Shown: positions 1 through 9,752 of the stretch, one piece after another | How positions within the stretch are numbered: position 1 is the first letter of the stretch | Layout of the letters: each line of letters begins with the position of its first letter | Source: a virus | Lineage: Duplodnaviria; Heunggongvirae; Uroviricota; Caudoviricetes | Direction: 5' to 3' (one strand) | DNA: 64,000 nt | Virus record (IMG/VR): IMGVR_UViG_3300025887_000009 | Made by a program: the position numbers and the translations under genes | Notes under the pieces: generated by a model | Databases searched by the model: none | Told to the model about the DNA's origin: nothing | Seen by the model: the letters and a program-made list of their open reading frames with translations, nothing else

Positions 1-1
1 G

Positions 2-403
2 CAATTCCAACCGCCGCAGAACTTTGCAGCATACAGACAAAGTGAATTAGATAACGCAAGAATCCCAACATTTACACAAATGATGGCTGTTCCGTTTATT
101 TCAAATAGATTTGCTATGAAACGTTACTTAGGCTTAACAGACGAAGAAGTTGCAGAGAACGAACGTCTTTGGAAAGAAGAAAATGACGACTTGCTTGACG
201 CAATGCCAACAGACACTGATGCAGAAATGCGCGGTGCCGGAGTTACTGGTGCCGGTCTCGAAGGCGATATGGGCGGACTTGATGCAGAACTAGAAGGTGA
301 CGAAACGGGCATGGAAGCAGGAATGGGCGAAGGTCCGACGTCAGCAACTGATCCAGCTCAAGGTACTGGCGCAGCACCAGGCAGCTCTGAAATAAATATT
401 TAA
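2..403 (+). CDS. 20: portal protein, C-terminal fragment (gene starts upstream of window)
   Basis: Open frame from position 2 with no stop until 403. C-terminal 'TQMMAVPFISNRFAMKRYLGLTDEEVAENERLWKEE' aligns with T4 gp20 '[39 protein letters not shown]'. Acidic tail. Confidence 0.7.
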   Translation, partial: QFQPPQNFAAYRQSELDNARIPTFTQMMAVPFISNRFAMKRYLGLTDEEVAENERLWKEENDDLLDAMPTDTDAEMRGAGVTGAGLEGDMGGLDAELEGDETGMEAGMGEGPTSATDPAQGTGAAPGSSEINI

Positions 404-412
404 GGTAAATAC
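392..412 (+). promoter_or_regulatory. T4-late-like promoter motifs (ATAAATAT / TAAATAC) abutting ATG 416
   Basis: aATAAATAtttaaggTAAATACaatATG. Confidence 0.4.
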
Positions 413-415
413 AAT

Positions 416-661
416 ATGCCATTACTACGTGAACTATTTTATTTTGATAAAGAGTCAATGGAAAACACTGACAGCAAGCTTTATAGCCCGAGAGATGACG
501 AATCTCCAATGCAATACGATGATACTCGTAAAACAAAGCTAACTTTACGCGCTATCAACAAGATTCGCAAAGCAAACGAACTACATCAAGAAGAATCTGA
601 AAAAGATTTAGTTTTTGTTCGTCAAATGTACGGAGCGCCACCGGCTGAAGAAGCTATCTAA
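416..661 (+). CDS. hypothetical protein (81 aa)
   Basis: ORF directly after the portal gene. Start is abutted by a TAAATACAATATG late-promoter-like motif. No recognised domain. Confidence 0.4.
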   Translation: MPLLRELFYFDKESMENTDSKLYSPRDDESPMQYDDTRKTKLTLRAINKIRKANELHQEESEKDLVFVRQMYGAPPAEEAI

Positions 662-662
662 C

Positions 663-1379
663 ATGACTAAGGTAGACAAACGCCTCTATACCAAAGAGGA
701 ATGGCATCGCATACGTGCAGAGCGAAGAAAAGAAAACGCACAACACCCTAAAATAGACACAACATCAAAACCTAAAACAAATGCTAATAGTAACGCACCT
801 ATTGCATTTGTTTTAGGTAATGGTACTTCAAGAGAGCACGTTCCTTTGCCTGATTTAAAGGAACGCGGCACAGTATATGCCTGTAATGCAGTGTATAGAG
901 ACTTTAATCCTGATTTTTTAGTAGCAGTTGACACTAAAATGGTTTTAGAGATAGCACAAAGCGGTTATCAAATGAATAATCAAGTTTGGACAAACCCAAA
1001 CAAAGTATACAGTAGCATAAAAAATTTAAACTTCTTTGATCCTCCTAAAGGATGGAGTTCAGGACCTACTGCACTTGATATGGCATCACGACATGGCTTT
1101 CAAGAAATATATATTCTCGGGTTTGACTACAAAGGTCTCCAAGATAAAATTAATAATATGTTTGCAGACACAAAAAACTATAAGAGATCTAAAGATCGTG
1201 CAACTTATTATGGAAATTGGCTTCGACAAACTGCGATCACTGTTGAAAAAAATAACAAAACGAGATATATAAGAGTAATAAGACCAAATGACTTTGTTCC
1301 TCCTGAGTTATTACGATTAAGCAATGTAGAACACATTACTGTCGAAAAATTCATGAAACAATTTAACATTTCACGGTGA
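663..1379 (+). CDS. hypothetical protein, possible MptE/DUF115-like Rossmann protein
   Basis: ATG at 663 directly after the stop at 661 (ORF track alternative start 615). 'FVLGNGTS...VYACNAV...AVD...ILGFDY' resembles the GNGPS motif region of the DUF115/Maf family. Weak call. Confidence 0.4.
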   Translation: MTKVDKRLYTKEEWHRIRAERRKENAQHPKIDTTSKPKTNANSNAPIAFVLGNGTSREHVPLPDLKERGTVYACNAVYRDFNPDFLVAVDTKMVLEIAQSGYQMNNQVWTNPNKVYSSIKNLNFFDPPKGWSSGPTALDMASRHGFQEIYILGFDYKGLQDKINNMFADTKNYKRSKDRATYYGNWLRQTAITVEKNNKTRYIRVIRPNDFVPPELLRLSNVEHITVEKFMKQFNISR

Positions 1380-1492
1380 AATACAAAAATGGGCTGTTTT
1401 GGCACCGTTTCCCACCCCTTTATCTAAATCTCTATAAGTATTAGTTGACAGCCTTGCTAAAGGTATTAACCCCATTTACAGGAGATTTAAAA

Positions 1493-2503
1493 ATGGCAGA
1501 TAAGAAAAAGTTTGAAAGAATGCTTGAACTTCTTATTGCGGAAGACCGCAAGGGAGCAGAAGAGCTATTCCACGAGATTGTTGTAGAACAGTCGCGTACA
1601 ATTTATGAAACCATCCTAGAAGACGATCTAGCAGATGACGAAGAAGTTGACGAAGCAACTGATGAAGAAGTTGACGAGTCAGACGACGACGAAGAAGTTG
1701 ACGAAGCAGATGATGAAGAAGTAGACGAAGACGACGAAGATCTTGACGAAGGTTTTGATTTAGACGAGTTTGAAGTTGAAGCAGATCCTGCAGACGACAT
1801 GATGGGCGACGTTGAATTCGGTAACGATGACGACGAAGAAGGTGAAGATGATCCATTCGGCGGTGACGACGAAGACGAAGGTGAAGAAGACGATGTTGAA
1901 GATCGTGTTGAAGACCTTGAGGATGCATTAGAAGATCTAAAAGCTGAATTTGACAAAATCATGGGCGGCGGCGACGACGAAGACGAAATGGACATGGACA
2001 GCGACGACGAAGATGGCATGGACATGGGTGACGAAGAAGGCGACGAAGACGAAACTGAAGAAGGTTACGAAAACTTTGCATTCGAAGATGAAGACGAAGA
2101 CGAAGAAGTCGACGAACATCAGAAGTCAGCGTCAGAAACAATGCGTGAGTATGTAGAAAAAGTCGGCAAAGGCGGCGGACTTGATCACAACGGCGAACTA
2201 AAGAGTGAAGCACCTGGTGCTAACACTAAGTCGTCAGTAGCAGGCAAGAATGACATGGGCGGCACTGCGTCGAACATTAATCAATCTGGTACCGAAGCAG
2301 GTGTTGAAGCAAACAAAGGTAACATTAAAGGCGCAGCTCTTAATGACCAAAACAAAAAAGAAGATTCGCATGGTAATGTAAATGTGCCAGGCGGTAAAGC
2401 AGCAAAATCTATGAAGCCAATGCCTAAGGGCCACGGAACTGAAAAGAAGGGCGCTGCTGAAACTGCTCCTGATAAGAAATCACTTATCGGTAGCAAGAAG
2501 TAA
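1493..2503 (+). CDS. highly acidic D/E-rich protein, probable prohead core/internal protein
   Basis: ATG at 1493 preceded by GGAG. Long ORF with over 40% D/E located just upstream of the protease gene. T4 prohead core proteins gp67/68 occupy the analogous position. Confidence 0.5.
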   Translation: MADKKKFERMLELLIAEDRKGAEELFHEIVVEQSRTIYETILEDDLADDEEVDEATDEEVDESDDDEEVDEADDEEVDEDDEDLDEGFDLDEFEVEADPADDMMGDVEFGNDDDEEGEDDPFGGDDEDEGEEDDVEDRVEDLEDALEDLKAEFDKIMGGGDDEDEMDMDSDDEDGMDMGDEEGDEDETEEGYENFAFEDEDEDEEVDEHQKSASETMREYVEKVGKGGGLDHNGELKSEAPGANTKSSVAGKNDMGGTASNINQSGTEAGVEANKGNIKGAALNDQNKKEDSHGNVNVPGGKAAKSMKPMPKGHGTEKKGAAETAPDKKSLIGSKK

Positions 2504-2515
2504 GGCGATCAATAG

Positions 2516-3148
2516 ATGAACTTTTTACGAGAGACATTGACGATGGACCAAGCTAATTTGGTTGTTGAGTCTGCTGATAACGCAAAGGGCGGCAAGGATC
2601 TATACCTTAAAGGTATTTGTATCCAAGGTGGTGTGCGTAATGCAAACCAACGTGTGTACCCTGTGAATGAGATTGGCAGGGCTGTCAAAACTCTTAACGA
2701 CCAAGTTACTGGAGGTTATTCAGTCCTCGGGGAAGTTGATCATCCAGATGGCCTTAATATAAACCTAGACCGAGTGTCTCATATGATCACAGAAATGTGG
2801 ATGGATGGAGCAAACGGTTACGGTAAACTGAAGATACTACCGACACCAATGGGAAAACTAGTTTCAACAATGTTTGAAAGCGGAGTTAAGCTAGGAGTTT
2901 CATCACGCGGTAGTGGCAATGTTAAAGAGGACGGAAGCGGTGAGGTTTCAGATTTTGAGATCATCACCGTGGACGTCGTCGCACAACCAAGCGCTCCGGG
3001 TGCATACCCCACTCCGATTTATGAGCACTTAATGAACACTCGAGGTGGGTATCAGGCATATACACTAGCACAGGCAACTAAAGAAGACCCTAAGGCACAA
3101 AAGTATCTCAAAGAATCGTTGATCAACTTGATCAAGGGTCTCCAATGA
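2516..3148 (+). CDS. 21: prohead core protein / prohead protease (T4 gp21 family)
   Basis: 'LYLKGICIQGGVRNANQRVYP...GEVDHP...TEMWMDGANGYG...GVSSRGSG...VVAQPSAPGAYPTP' matches T4 gp21 blocks (LYIEGIFMQAEVVNRNKRLYP, GELNHP, EDMWWKGNDVYG, GVSSRGLGS, VWGPSAPDAWVTP). Confidence 0.85.
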   Translation: MNFLRETLTMDQANLVVESADNAKGGKDLYLKGICIQGGVRNANQRVYPVNEIGRAVKTLNDQVTGGYSVLGEVDHPDGLNINLDRVSHMITEMWMDGANGYGKLKILPTPMGKLVSTMFESGVKLGVSSRGSGNVKEDGSGEVSDFEIITVDVVAQPSAPGAYPTPIYEHLMNTRGGYQAYTLAQATKEDPKAQKYLKESLINLIKGLQ

Positions 3149-3161
3149 AAGGAGAGAAAAC

Positions 3162-4262
3162 ATGTTGGATGCACTAAAAACTCTATTTGAAAACAATGTG
3201 GTTTCTGAAGAGATCAGAACTGATATTGAAGAAGCTTGGAACGCGAAAATTAAAGAAAATCGCTTACAAGCAACAGCAGAACTTCGCGAAGAATTTGCAA
3301 AAAAGTATGAACACGACAAGAGCACAATGGTTGAGGCCATTGAATCAATGCTTGAGGAACGCCTAACTGAAGAGATGGCAGAACTTAAGGATGATCGTAA
3401 TCAACTTGCAGAAGCAAAAGCAAAGTATGCAGTAGCAATGCGTGAGAACGCAGCGCTTGTTAACAAGTTTATTACTAAGCAACTATCTGAAGAAATCAAG
3501 GACCTCCACGAGGACCAAAAATTGATGGCTCAAAATTTTGCTAAACTTGAAGAATTCATTATCGAGTCACTGGCTAAAGAAATCAATGAGTTTATGGAGG
3601 ACAAACAGGACCTAGCAGAAACTAAGGTTCGCTTAATCCGCGAGGGTAAAGCACACTTCAACAAAGTCAAAAAGGCATTTGTTGAAAGAAGCGCAACGCT
3701 TGTTTCCGAAACTGTTTCAAAATCACTTAACCGTGAAATGACACAGCTTAAGGAAGACATCGAGCTTGCACGAAAGAACGACTTCGGTCGTAAAATATTT
3801 GAAGCGTTTGCTAACGAATATACTTCTAGTTACTTAAACGAGAAGTCAGAAACTGCACAACTACTTAAGGTTATTAACACCAAGAATAAGCAGATTGCAG
3901 AAGCAAAAACATTCGCTTCAAAAGCAAAATTACTCGCTGAAAGCGCAGCGAAAGAAAAGACACTATTAGTTGAAAGTCAAAGCCGCAAGGACACTATCAA
4001 TGAACTAGTATCACCTCTTTCAAAGTCACAGCGCGAAATTATGACAGACTTACTGGAATCAGTTCAAACAGTGAAGCTTCGTGCTTCGTTTGACAGATAC
4101 TTGCCATCCGTTCTAAACGAAGGTAAGAGCACTCCGGCCAAGCAAAAGGCACAACTAAATGAAGGCACATCTATCACAGGCAATCGCGAAAACACAAATA
4201 AAACCAGTAGTACAAGCAATGAGAACGTAGTTGATTTACGTAGACTTGCTGGATTGAAATAA
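3162..4262 (+). CDS. 22: prohead scaffolding protein (gp22-like, coiled-coil)
   Basis: Strong RBS AAAGGAGAG. Charged, heptad-rich helical protein between the protease and MCP genes. C-terminus ...DLRRLAGLK. Confidence 0.6.
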   Translation: MLDALKTLFENNVVSEEIRTDIEEAWNAKIKENRLQATAELREEFAKKYEHDKSTMVEAIESMLEERLTEEMAELKDDRNQLAEAKAKYAVAMRENAALVNKFITKQLSEEIKDLHEDQKLMAQNFAKLEEFIIESLAKEINEFMEDKQDLAETKVRLIREGKAHFNKVKKAFVERSATLVSETVSKSLNREMTQLKEDIELARKNDFGRKIFEAFANEYTSSYLNEKSETAQLLKVINTKNKQIAEAKTFASKAKLLAESAAKEKTLLVESQSRKDTINELVSPLSKSQREIMTDLLESVQTVKLRASFDRYLPSVLNEGKSTPAKQKAQLNEGTSITGNRENTNKTSSTSNENVVDLRRLAGLK

Positions 4263-4272
4263 GGAGATCATA

Positions 4273-5451
4273 ATGTCAGAACTACTAGAAAGCCGCTGGC
4301 AGGAAACTAAGGGTGCTCTACTTGAAGGTCTACACGGAACTAAAAAATCCGTTATGGCAACAACACTTGAGAACACTCGTAATTATCTTGCAGAAACAGC
4401 AACAGCAGGCGCTACAAGCGCAGGCAACATCGCAACACTTAACCGTGTTATTCTTCCAGTCATCCGTCGTGTAATGCCGACTGTGATTGCAAACGAACTT
4501 GTTGGTGTTCAGCCAATGACAGGTCCTGTGGGTCAGATCCACACGCTACGTGTACGTTATGCGGATTCGTTTAACAGCACAGGCGGTACTGATACTACTG
4601 CTGGCGAAGAGGCACTAAGCCCATTCAAGATTGCAGAAGGTTACTCCGGTAACGCTGCTGATGATAAGGCTGCACCAACTGCGTCTCTAGAAGGCCTAGC
4701 TGGTAACCGTATGAACATCCAGATCCTAAAGCAGACTGTTGAAGCTAAAACTCGTAAGCTATCAGCACGTTGGACTTTTGAATCTGCACAAGATGCTCAG
4801 TCACAGCACGGTATCGACGTAGAAGCAGAAGTAATGGCTGCTCTTGCACAGGAAATCACAGCAGAGATTGACCGTGAAGTACTATCTTCACTTCGTTCGC
4901 TTGCAGGTGCTGCTTCTGAAACATACGACCAAGCTGCGGTATCTGGTACTGCTACATTCGTTGGTGACGAACACGCTGCTCTAGCTGTTCAAATCAACCG
5001 TGTATCAAACATCATCGCTCAGCGTACACGTCGTGGCGCAGGCAACTACGCAGTTGTTAGCCCATTTGCACTTACAATTCTACAGTCAGCAACTACTTCG
5101 GCATTTGCTCGTACTACAGAAGGTTCGTTCGAAGCACCAACAAATACAAAGTTTGCTGGTACACTTAACAACGCAATGCGCGTATATGTTGACACATATG
5201 CATCAGACGCTACAGGTGTTCTTATTGGTTATAAAGGATCAACAGAAAGCGACGCGCCAGCGTTCTACTGCCCATATATCCCACTAATGAGCTCCGGTAC
5301 AGTGCTTGATCCGTCAACATTCGAACCAGTTGTGTCATTTATGACACGTTATGGTTATGTTGAGTTGAACAACACAGCATCATCGCTTGGTAACGCTGCT
5401 GACTATCTTGGTCAGGTTGCTATTACTAACGGTAACGTATCATTCAGCTAA
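4273..5451 (+). CDS. 23: major capsid protein (T4 gp23 family)
   Basis: RBS AAGGAGA. 'VMPTVIANELVGVQPMTGPVGQIHTLRVRY' aligns to T4 gp23 'AIPNLIAFDICGVQPMNSPTGQVFALRAVY'. Followed by a strong terminator. Confidence 0.9.
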   Translation: MSELLESRWQETKGALLEGLHGTKKSVMATTLENTRNYLAETATAGATSAGNIATLNRVILPVIRRVMPTVIANELVGVQPMTGPVGQIHTLRVRYADSFNSTGGTDTTAGEEALSPFKIAEGYSGNAADDKAAPTASLEGLAGNRMNIQILKQTVEAKTRKLSARWTFESAQDAQSQHGIDVEAEVMAALAQEITAEIDREVLSSLRSLAGAASETYDQAAVSGTATFVGDEHAALAVQINRVSNIIAQRTRRGAGNYAVVSPFALTILQSATTSAFARTTEGSFEAPTNTKFAGTLNNAMRVYVDTYASDATGVLIGYKGSTESDAPAFYCPYIPLMSSGTVLDPSTFEPVVSFMTRYGYVELNNTASSLGNAADYLGQVAITNGNVSFS

Positions 5452-5473
5452 TAAGTTGAGAATACAAATACAG

Positions 5474-5500
5474 AAAAGGCTCTTCGGAGCCTTTTCTTTT
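5474..5500 (+). terminator. rho-independent terminator after major capsid gene
   Basis: AAAAGGCTC-TTCG-GAGCCTTTT hairpin (UUCG loop) plus a T-tract. Confidence 0.7.
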
Positions 5501-5562
5501 GACTTGACTTTCGCCTAACAGTCTGCTATTCTATAATAGCAAAAATATTTAGGAACAATATT

Positions 5563-5841
5563 ATGATTACGAAAATTTCAGACTGGCATCCGATTATGAC
5601 AGATATTAATCAAAAAAAACAGCACCTTCCTTTTAGACAACGAATTGAAGTAAATGCTTTTAATCGTAATATTGAAAAGATGCTTTTTAACATTAGTAAA
5701 TTAGAAGTAGAACTTCGTCAAAAAAAGAGCAAACAAGTGCAATTAAAAATTGATCAAGCGTATGAAGAAGTTAATGCTATCCTTCCTGTAATGGTTAATA
5801 AAATCTCCAGATATAGTACTCTAGCTATTCTTTCAAAGTAA
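5563..5841 (+). CDS. hypothetical protein (92 aa)
   Basis: ORF after the MCP terminator and a promoter-like region. Contains an A9 homopolymer at 5604-5612. Confidence 0.35.
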   Translation: MITKISDWHPIMTDINQKKQHLPFRQRIEVNAFNRNIEKMLFNISKLEVELRQKKSKQVQLKIDQAYEEVNAILPVMVNKISRYSTLAILSK

Positions 5842-5858
5842 ACTATCTTTCTCCTTGC

Positions 5859-5866
5859 ATAAATAC
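5859..5866 (+). promoter_or_regulatory. late-promoter-like ATAAATAC 1 nt before ATG 5868
   Basis: cATAAATACtATG. Confidence 0.35.
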
Positions 5867-5867
5867 T

Positions 5868-6314
5868 ATGTCTATTAAAAGAACCAGCCAATGTGCTGGA
5901 CTTACAGCGGTTACCCGCCCTGTAGACCTAGAACGTCAAAGGAGAAACAGAATGGGACGTCCAGTTAATAAAAGATATTTCGGTGATCCAGTTGGTGGTA
6001 CTCAGCTTAAAGTAGAAGCTGATACCGGTAACGGTGCAAGTGAAGTAGCATATATCCTTGCTCAAAAAGGAACAAACGAATTTAAAGTTACCGATGGTAC
6101 GACAGCATTAGATTGCCGTCTTGTTGATAAAGCTTTTGCAGCTATTGCAGAAGGTGAAATGGTAATTGCCGGTTCAGTTGCAGGCGGTGTCGGTCGTGCA
6201 ACAATTGCAAAACTATTCAATAGAACAGCAGTTGATTTTAACAGTGTACGTTATACTTGGGAAATCCAAGATGACTCAACTGAAACAGCACTAATCCTGA
6301 CACCAATTGAGTAA
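5868..6314 (+). CDS. hypothetical virion-associated protein
   Basis: ORF with the ATAAATACTATG motif at its start. Alternative RBS-supported start at 5952 (AAGGAGAAACAGAATG). Sits in the structural module. Confidence 0.45.
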   Translation: MSIKRTSQCAGLTAVTRPVDLERQRRNRMGRPVNKRYFGDPVGGTQLKVEADTGNGASEVAYILAQKGTNEFKVTDGTTALDCRLVDKAFAAIAEGEMVIAGSVAGGVGRATIAKLFNRTAVDFNSVRYTWEIQDDSTETALILTPIE

Positions 6315-6323
6315 GGAATAAAA

Positions 6324-7301
6324 ATGACAAAGGTCCTCAGTGTACCCAATGGTAGTTACTACGTCTACGTTCAAGATGGCGGCGTAATTCGTTTAGATAC
6401 AGGCTCGGAATTAGGTAGAGTTGAAATTAGCGGTGATCTCATCGTTGAAGGAAACACTACTACAGTTTCGTCTGAGGACCTGTCTGTCCGTGACAATGTT
6501 ATTATAATTAATAACGGAGAAACTGGATCAGGAGTAACTCTTGACACAGCTGGCATACAAGTCGATAGAGGATCATTGCACGATGCATTGTTTGTTTGGG
6601 ACGAAAATGTAACATGGACAGATCCAATTTCAGAAGGTGCTCTAACAGGGGCGTGGCATTCTAAAACAGCTAACGGAAGCCTTGTCGGTATTCGAACTAA
6701 CAGCATTACAACCGGTGGCGGCGACCTTTATTTAATTAACTCTGGTACCGGTGTTATATCTGTAATAGGTACTGCAAATTACGAAGACCAAGTAATTGAT
6801 GATGATCATATTCCTAACAAGAAATATATTGTAGACTACGTTAGTACCGCGTTTACTATTAATCTTCCTATAAGAATTGAAGACGGAACAGTTGCAAGTA
6901 AAACTTATGTAGAAGCGCAAGACTTTGAAACAACTAGTAATCCGAGTAGAATAGCAGTCGGAATCGACGAAACTGTAGTAGCAACATTTAGTGCAGAGAG
7001 CGTCGACCTGTATGGATTAAGAATAGACGGAACACATCTCCAAGTAATTGATTCAAATGAAGATTTAATTTTATCAGCAGCTGGCACAGGTCTAGTTAGA
7101 GTAGATGATATGCTTCAAATTAACTCAGTACCGGGAGTAGATGATGCAACAACCGTTCCTGCTGCACCAATTGACGGCGTTACGGTATATACAAACAGTG
7201 AAGATGTAGGCGGCACCGGTATGTTCTTTGTTAATCAAGATTCTTCACGTGGAGAATTAATTTCAAAAAACAAAGCACTTGTGTTTAGCATGGTATTTTA
7301 A
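6324..7301 (+). CDS. putative structural protein (325 aa)
   Basis: Sits in the late structural block and is Gly/Thr/Val-rich. RBS AAGGAATAAAAATG. Confidence 0.5.
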   Translation: MTKVLSVPNGSYYVYVQDGGVIRLDTGSELGRVEISGDLIVEGNTTTVSSEDLSVRDNVIIINNGETGSGVTLDTAGIQVDRGSLHDALFVWDENVTWTDPISEGALTGAWHSKTANGSLVGIRTNSITTGGGDLYLINSGTGVISVIGTANYEDQVIDDDHIPNKKYIVDYVSTAFTINLPIRIEDGTVASKTYVEAQDFETTSNPSRIAVGIDETVVATFSAESVDLYGLRIDGTHLQVIDSNEDLILSAAGTGLVRVDDMLQINSVPGVDDATTVPAAPIDGVTVYTNSEDVGGTGMFFVNQDSSRGELISKNKALVFSMVF

Positions 7302-7310
7302 GGAAAAATA

Positions 7311-7655
7311 ATGGCAATTGATTATGTAGCAATAGCAAACACAGACACCGACCTTGTAGTAGTTCCTGCAGGAAAGCAGTATGCAATTACAACAATTATG
7401 GTGTGCAACACATGGGCATTAGTGAATAACCCAGAAGACGAACTCGATGGATTAACTAACTTTGATATGCACTTTGTTAAATCAGGTGGCACAAAATCCG
7501 CAGTTAATCAAGTAATTAATCAATTGGAAATTCCTGCAGGCGAAACGTTTACTTTCGATTCAGAAAAAATTATATTAAGCGAAGGCGATAAGATTGTAGT
7601 AGTTGGAGATTCGCCAACTAACCTGTCAGCAATGGTTAGTTGGTTGGAGGTATAA
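7311..7655 (+). CDS. hypothetical structural protein (114 aa)
   Basis: ORF tightly packed (9 nt gap) in the late block. Confidence 0.45.
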   Translation: MAIDYVAIANTDTDLVVVPAGKQYAITTIMVCNTWALVNNPEDELDGLTNFDMHFVKSGGTKSAVNQVINQLEIPAGETFTFDSEKIILSEGDKIVVVGDSPTNLSAMVSWLEV

Positions 7656-8155
7656 TGAGACTTATTAAAGCAAACTCGACAAATTTGCGCTCAATAAGAG
7701 GCAAAGGTATACGGTATGAAACATCGCAAGAAGTAATTGTAGATTCAACTAAATCTATAAAAATTCCAGTCGGTCCAACTTCGTCTCGTCCTCCAACCCC
7801 CGAAAACGGCATGATGCGTTACAACACAACACGCAGTGAATTTGAGTTTTATGTGCAAAATGAGTGGCAAGCTATTGGTTCAAAAAATCCAACAGATATT
7901 GTGCAACAGAACTTAGGTGTTGGCAACGATGCAGAAGTGCATTTCGGTCCATTAGATTCGGGCGATACAGATTTTCCTGTACCTAATTCGGCAGAGAATA
8001 TTTTAGTTTATGTTGAAAACGTTCCGCAAATATCAACAACTAACTACACTCTTGTTCAAAATCCTGTCGGCAAGGATCCAGGATTCTATGTTGCGTTTGG
8101 CACACCGCCACCAACCGGAAAGCCGATAATAGTATTGCATAATTTTGACAAGTAA
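7640..8155 (+). CDS. fibre-repeat-containing structural protein
   Basis: Carries 'PVGPTSSRPPTPENGMMRYNTTRSEFEFYVQNEWQAIG', the same motif found in both downstream fibre genes. Confidence 0.5.
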   Translation: MVGGIMRLIKANSTNLRSIRGKGIRYETSQEVIVDSTKSIKIPVGPTSSRPPTPENGMMRYNTTRSEFEFYVQNEWQAIGSKNPTDIVQQNLGVGNDAEVHFGPLDSGDTDFPVPNSAENILVYVENVPQISTTNYTLVQNPVGKDPGFYVAFGTPPPTGKPIIVLHNFDK

Positions 8156-8161
8156 ATTGCG

Positions 8162-8169
8162 ATAAATAT
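8162..8169 (+). promoter_or_regulatory. late-promoter-like ATAAATAT 17 nt before fibre gene ATG
   Basis: gATAAATAtctcgtaaggggtagcatATG. Confidence 0.3.
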
Positions 8170-8186
8170 CTCGTAAGGGGTAGCAT

Positions 8187-9650
8187 ATGGCACAACTAGG
8201 ACGCATAAGTGGACCTATGCTAGATGAAGATTTGTTAAGAAACGGATCTAATTTAGCTTTTAAAAACAACGCAATAGACGCACCTGTATTGTTTATTGAC
8301 GCAGTTAATGGCCGTATAGGCGTTAACACTAGCACGCCTGCTTCTGACTTAGAAGTAATCGGCGGATTAAAATTTACAGATATTACGCTAACTGATCCGG
8401 CAGATTACGGAAACCTTACAATATCTAATGGCTCTATCTCTGTAGTCTCCGGAGATCTTACAATTAGTTCTGCAGGAACAATTACGCTTCCAGGATTGCA
8501 AACAACTGATTATTTGTTTGACGGTAATAGAATAACTGGATTACAGACAGACGCTAACATAGAGATTTTGCCAAATGCCGCAGGTGAAATTGATTTCTAC
8601 GGCAACGTAAATGTAAATGAAAATATGTACGTTGCTGGAACATTATCTCTTACAGGAGACATAGATATAAATGGTAGTGTATCAACATTAGGCGATGCTA
8701 CGTCAGATACTATTGATTTTAATTTAGAATTTCAACAAAACATATTAGTAGCAATAAACGATACTCATTCTTTAGGATCTGTATTATCCGAATGGAAAAA
8801 TTTATTTGCATTTAGATTTCAAACCACTGACATATTAATTCATGATAATATAATCGAAACAACTCTAACCAATTCTAATTTAAATTTACAAACTACTGGT
8901 AGAGTAATTTTTGAAGATGTTACTGCAACTAACAACATAATTTCGTCAGATACTCAACTTGAATTAAATTCAAGTAGTAATATAATTGATTTAGATTCAA
9001 CATCATCTGTAGTAATTTCAAAAGGAACAACAGCAGAATTTGCACCTATTAATGGTGCTATGCGATATAATATAGACAATAACTTATTCGAAGGATACAA
9101 AGGAGAAGTTATTAGATTCAGCGGAATTTATTCCGGAGATACTCAAACTAGTGTACTTGCAGATCTGACACAGGATTTCCTTTCATTAACTACAAATTCA
9201 ATAACAGTTGGCACTATTAATAATAACACAAGTATTTTTAACAGAGTTGATGTTGACGACACTATAATTAATAACAACGAAATTAGTTCAGCTGTAACAA
9301 ACGCAGATTTAGAATTTAAACCTAACGGTAGTGGAGCAGTTTTCTTTGGATCTACTTTTGGATTCTTTGAAGACTCGTGGATAAACAGCACAAATTCTGC
9401 AATTTCTATCGGTGTTACAAACGATGGCAGAGTAAAATTAGCTAGTACATCTGCTGTGTCATTTCCGGCAGGAACAACAGCAGAACGTCATCCTACTCCG
9501 GAAGAAGGTATGGCCCGGTTTAATACTGACTTAGGATATTATGAGCTTCACAACGGTGCAGATTGGTTTCCTATGGTAGGTGTTGTACCACCAGTTACTC
9601 AAGAACGATTTGAGGAAATACGGTTCCTGTGGAGCCTTGTACTTACATAA
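8187..9650 (+). CDS. tail fibre-like protein (paralog A)
   Basis: N-terminus 'MAQLGRISGPML..NG.NLAFKNN..IDAVNGRIGVNT' is shared with the ORF at 9753. Contains three copies of 'GTT.ER(H)P.P..GM.R(Y/F)NTD...E'. Low-complexity N/S/T-rich middle. Confidence 0.6.
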   Translation: MAQLGRISGPMLDEDLLRNGSNLAFKNNAIDAPVLFIDAVNGRIGVNTSTPASDLEVIGGLKFTDITLTDPADYGNLTISNGSISVVSGDLTISSAGTITLPGLQTTDYLFDGNRITGLQTDANIEILPNAAGEIDFYGNVNVNENMYVAGTLSLTGDIDINGSVSTLGDATSDTIDFNLEFQQNILVAINDTHSLGSVLSEWKNLFAFRFQTTDILIHDNIIETTLTNSNLNLQTTGRVIFEDVTATNNIISSDTQLELNSSSNIIDLDSTSSVVISKGTTAEFAPINGAMRYNIDNNLFEGYKGEVIRFSGIYSGDTQTSVLADLTQDFLSLTTNSITVGTINNNTSIFNRVDVDDTIINNNEISSAVTNADLEFKPNGSGAVFFGSTFGFFEDSWINSTNSAISIGVTNDGRVKLASTSAVSFPAGTTAERHPTPEEGMARFNTDLGYYELHNGADWFPMVGVVPPVTQERFEEIRFLWSLVLT

Positions 9651-9752
9651 ACAGCTAAATAGTAGTAATGGGGAGGCAACACCCAGGACAAACTGTGGGC
9701 AGCCCGCAAGGTAAGGTGGCTGGAGGGACAGGATCCCCAAAAGAGGATTAAC

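Noticed and set aside
124-536. Antisense ORFs 124..312- and 243..536- opposite the portal 3' end
   Set aside because: They lie inside a well-supported portal reading frame with homology to gp20.
1533-2213. Multiple overlapping ORFs on both strands inside the acidic gene (for example 1533..1928-, 1603..2025-, 1959..2213-, 1950..2156+)
   Set aside because: They are low-complexity GA/GAC-repeat artefacts. The D/E-rich forward frame with an RBS is the real gene.
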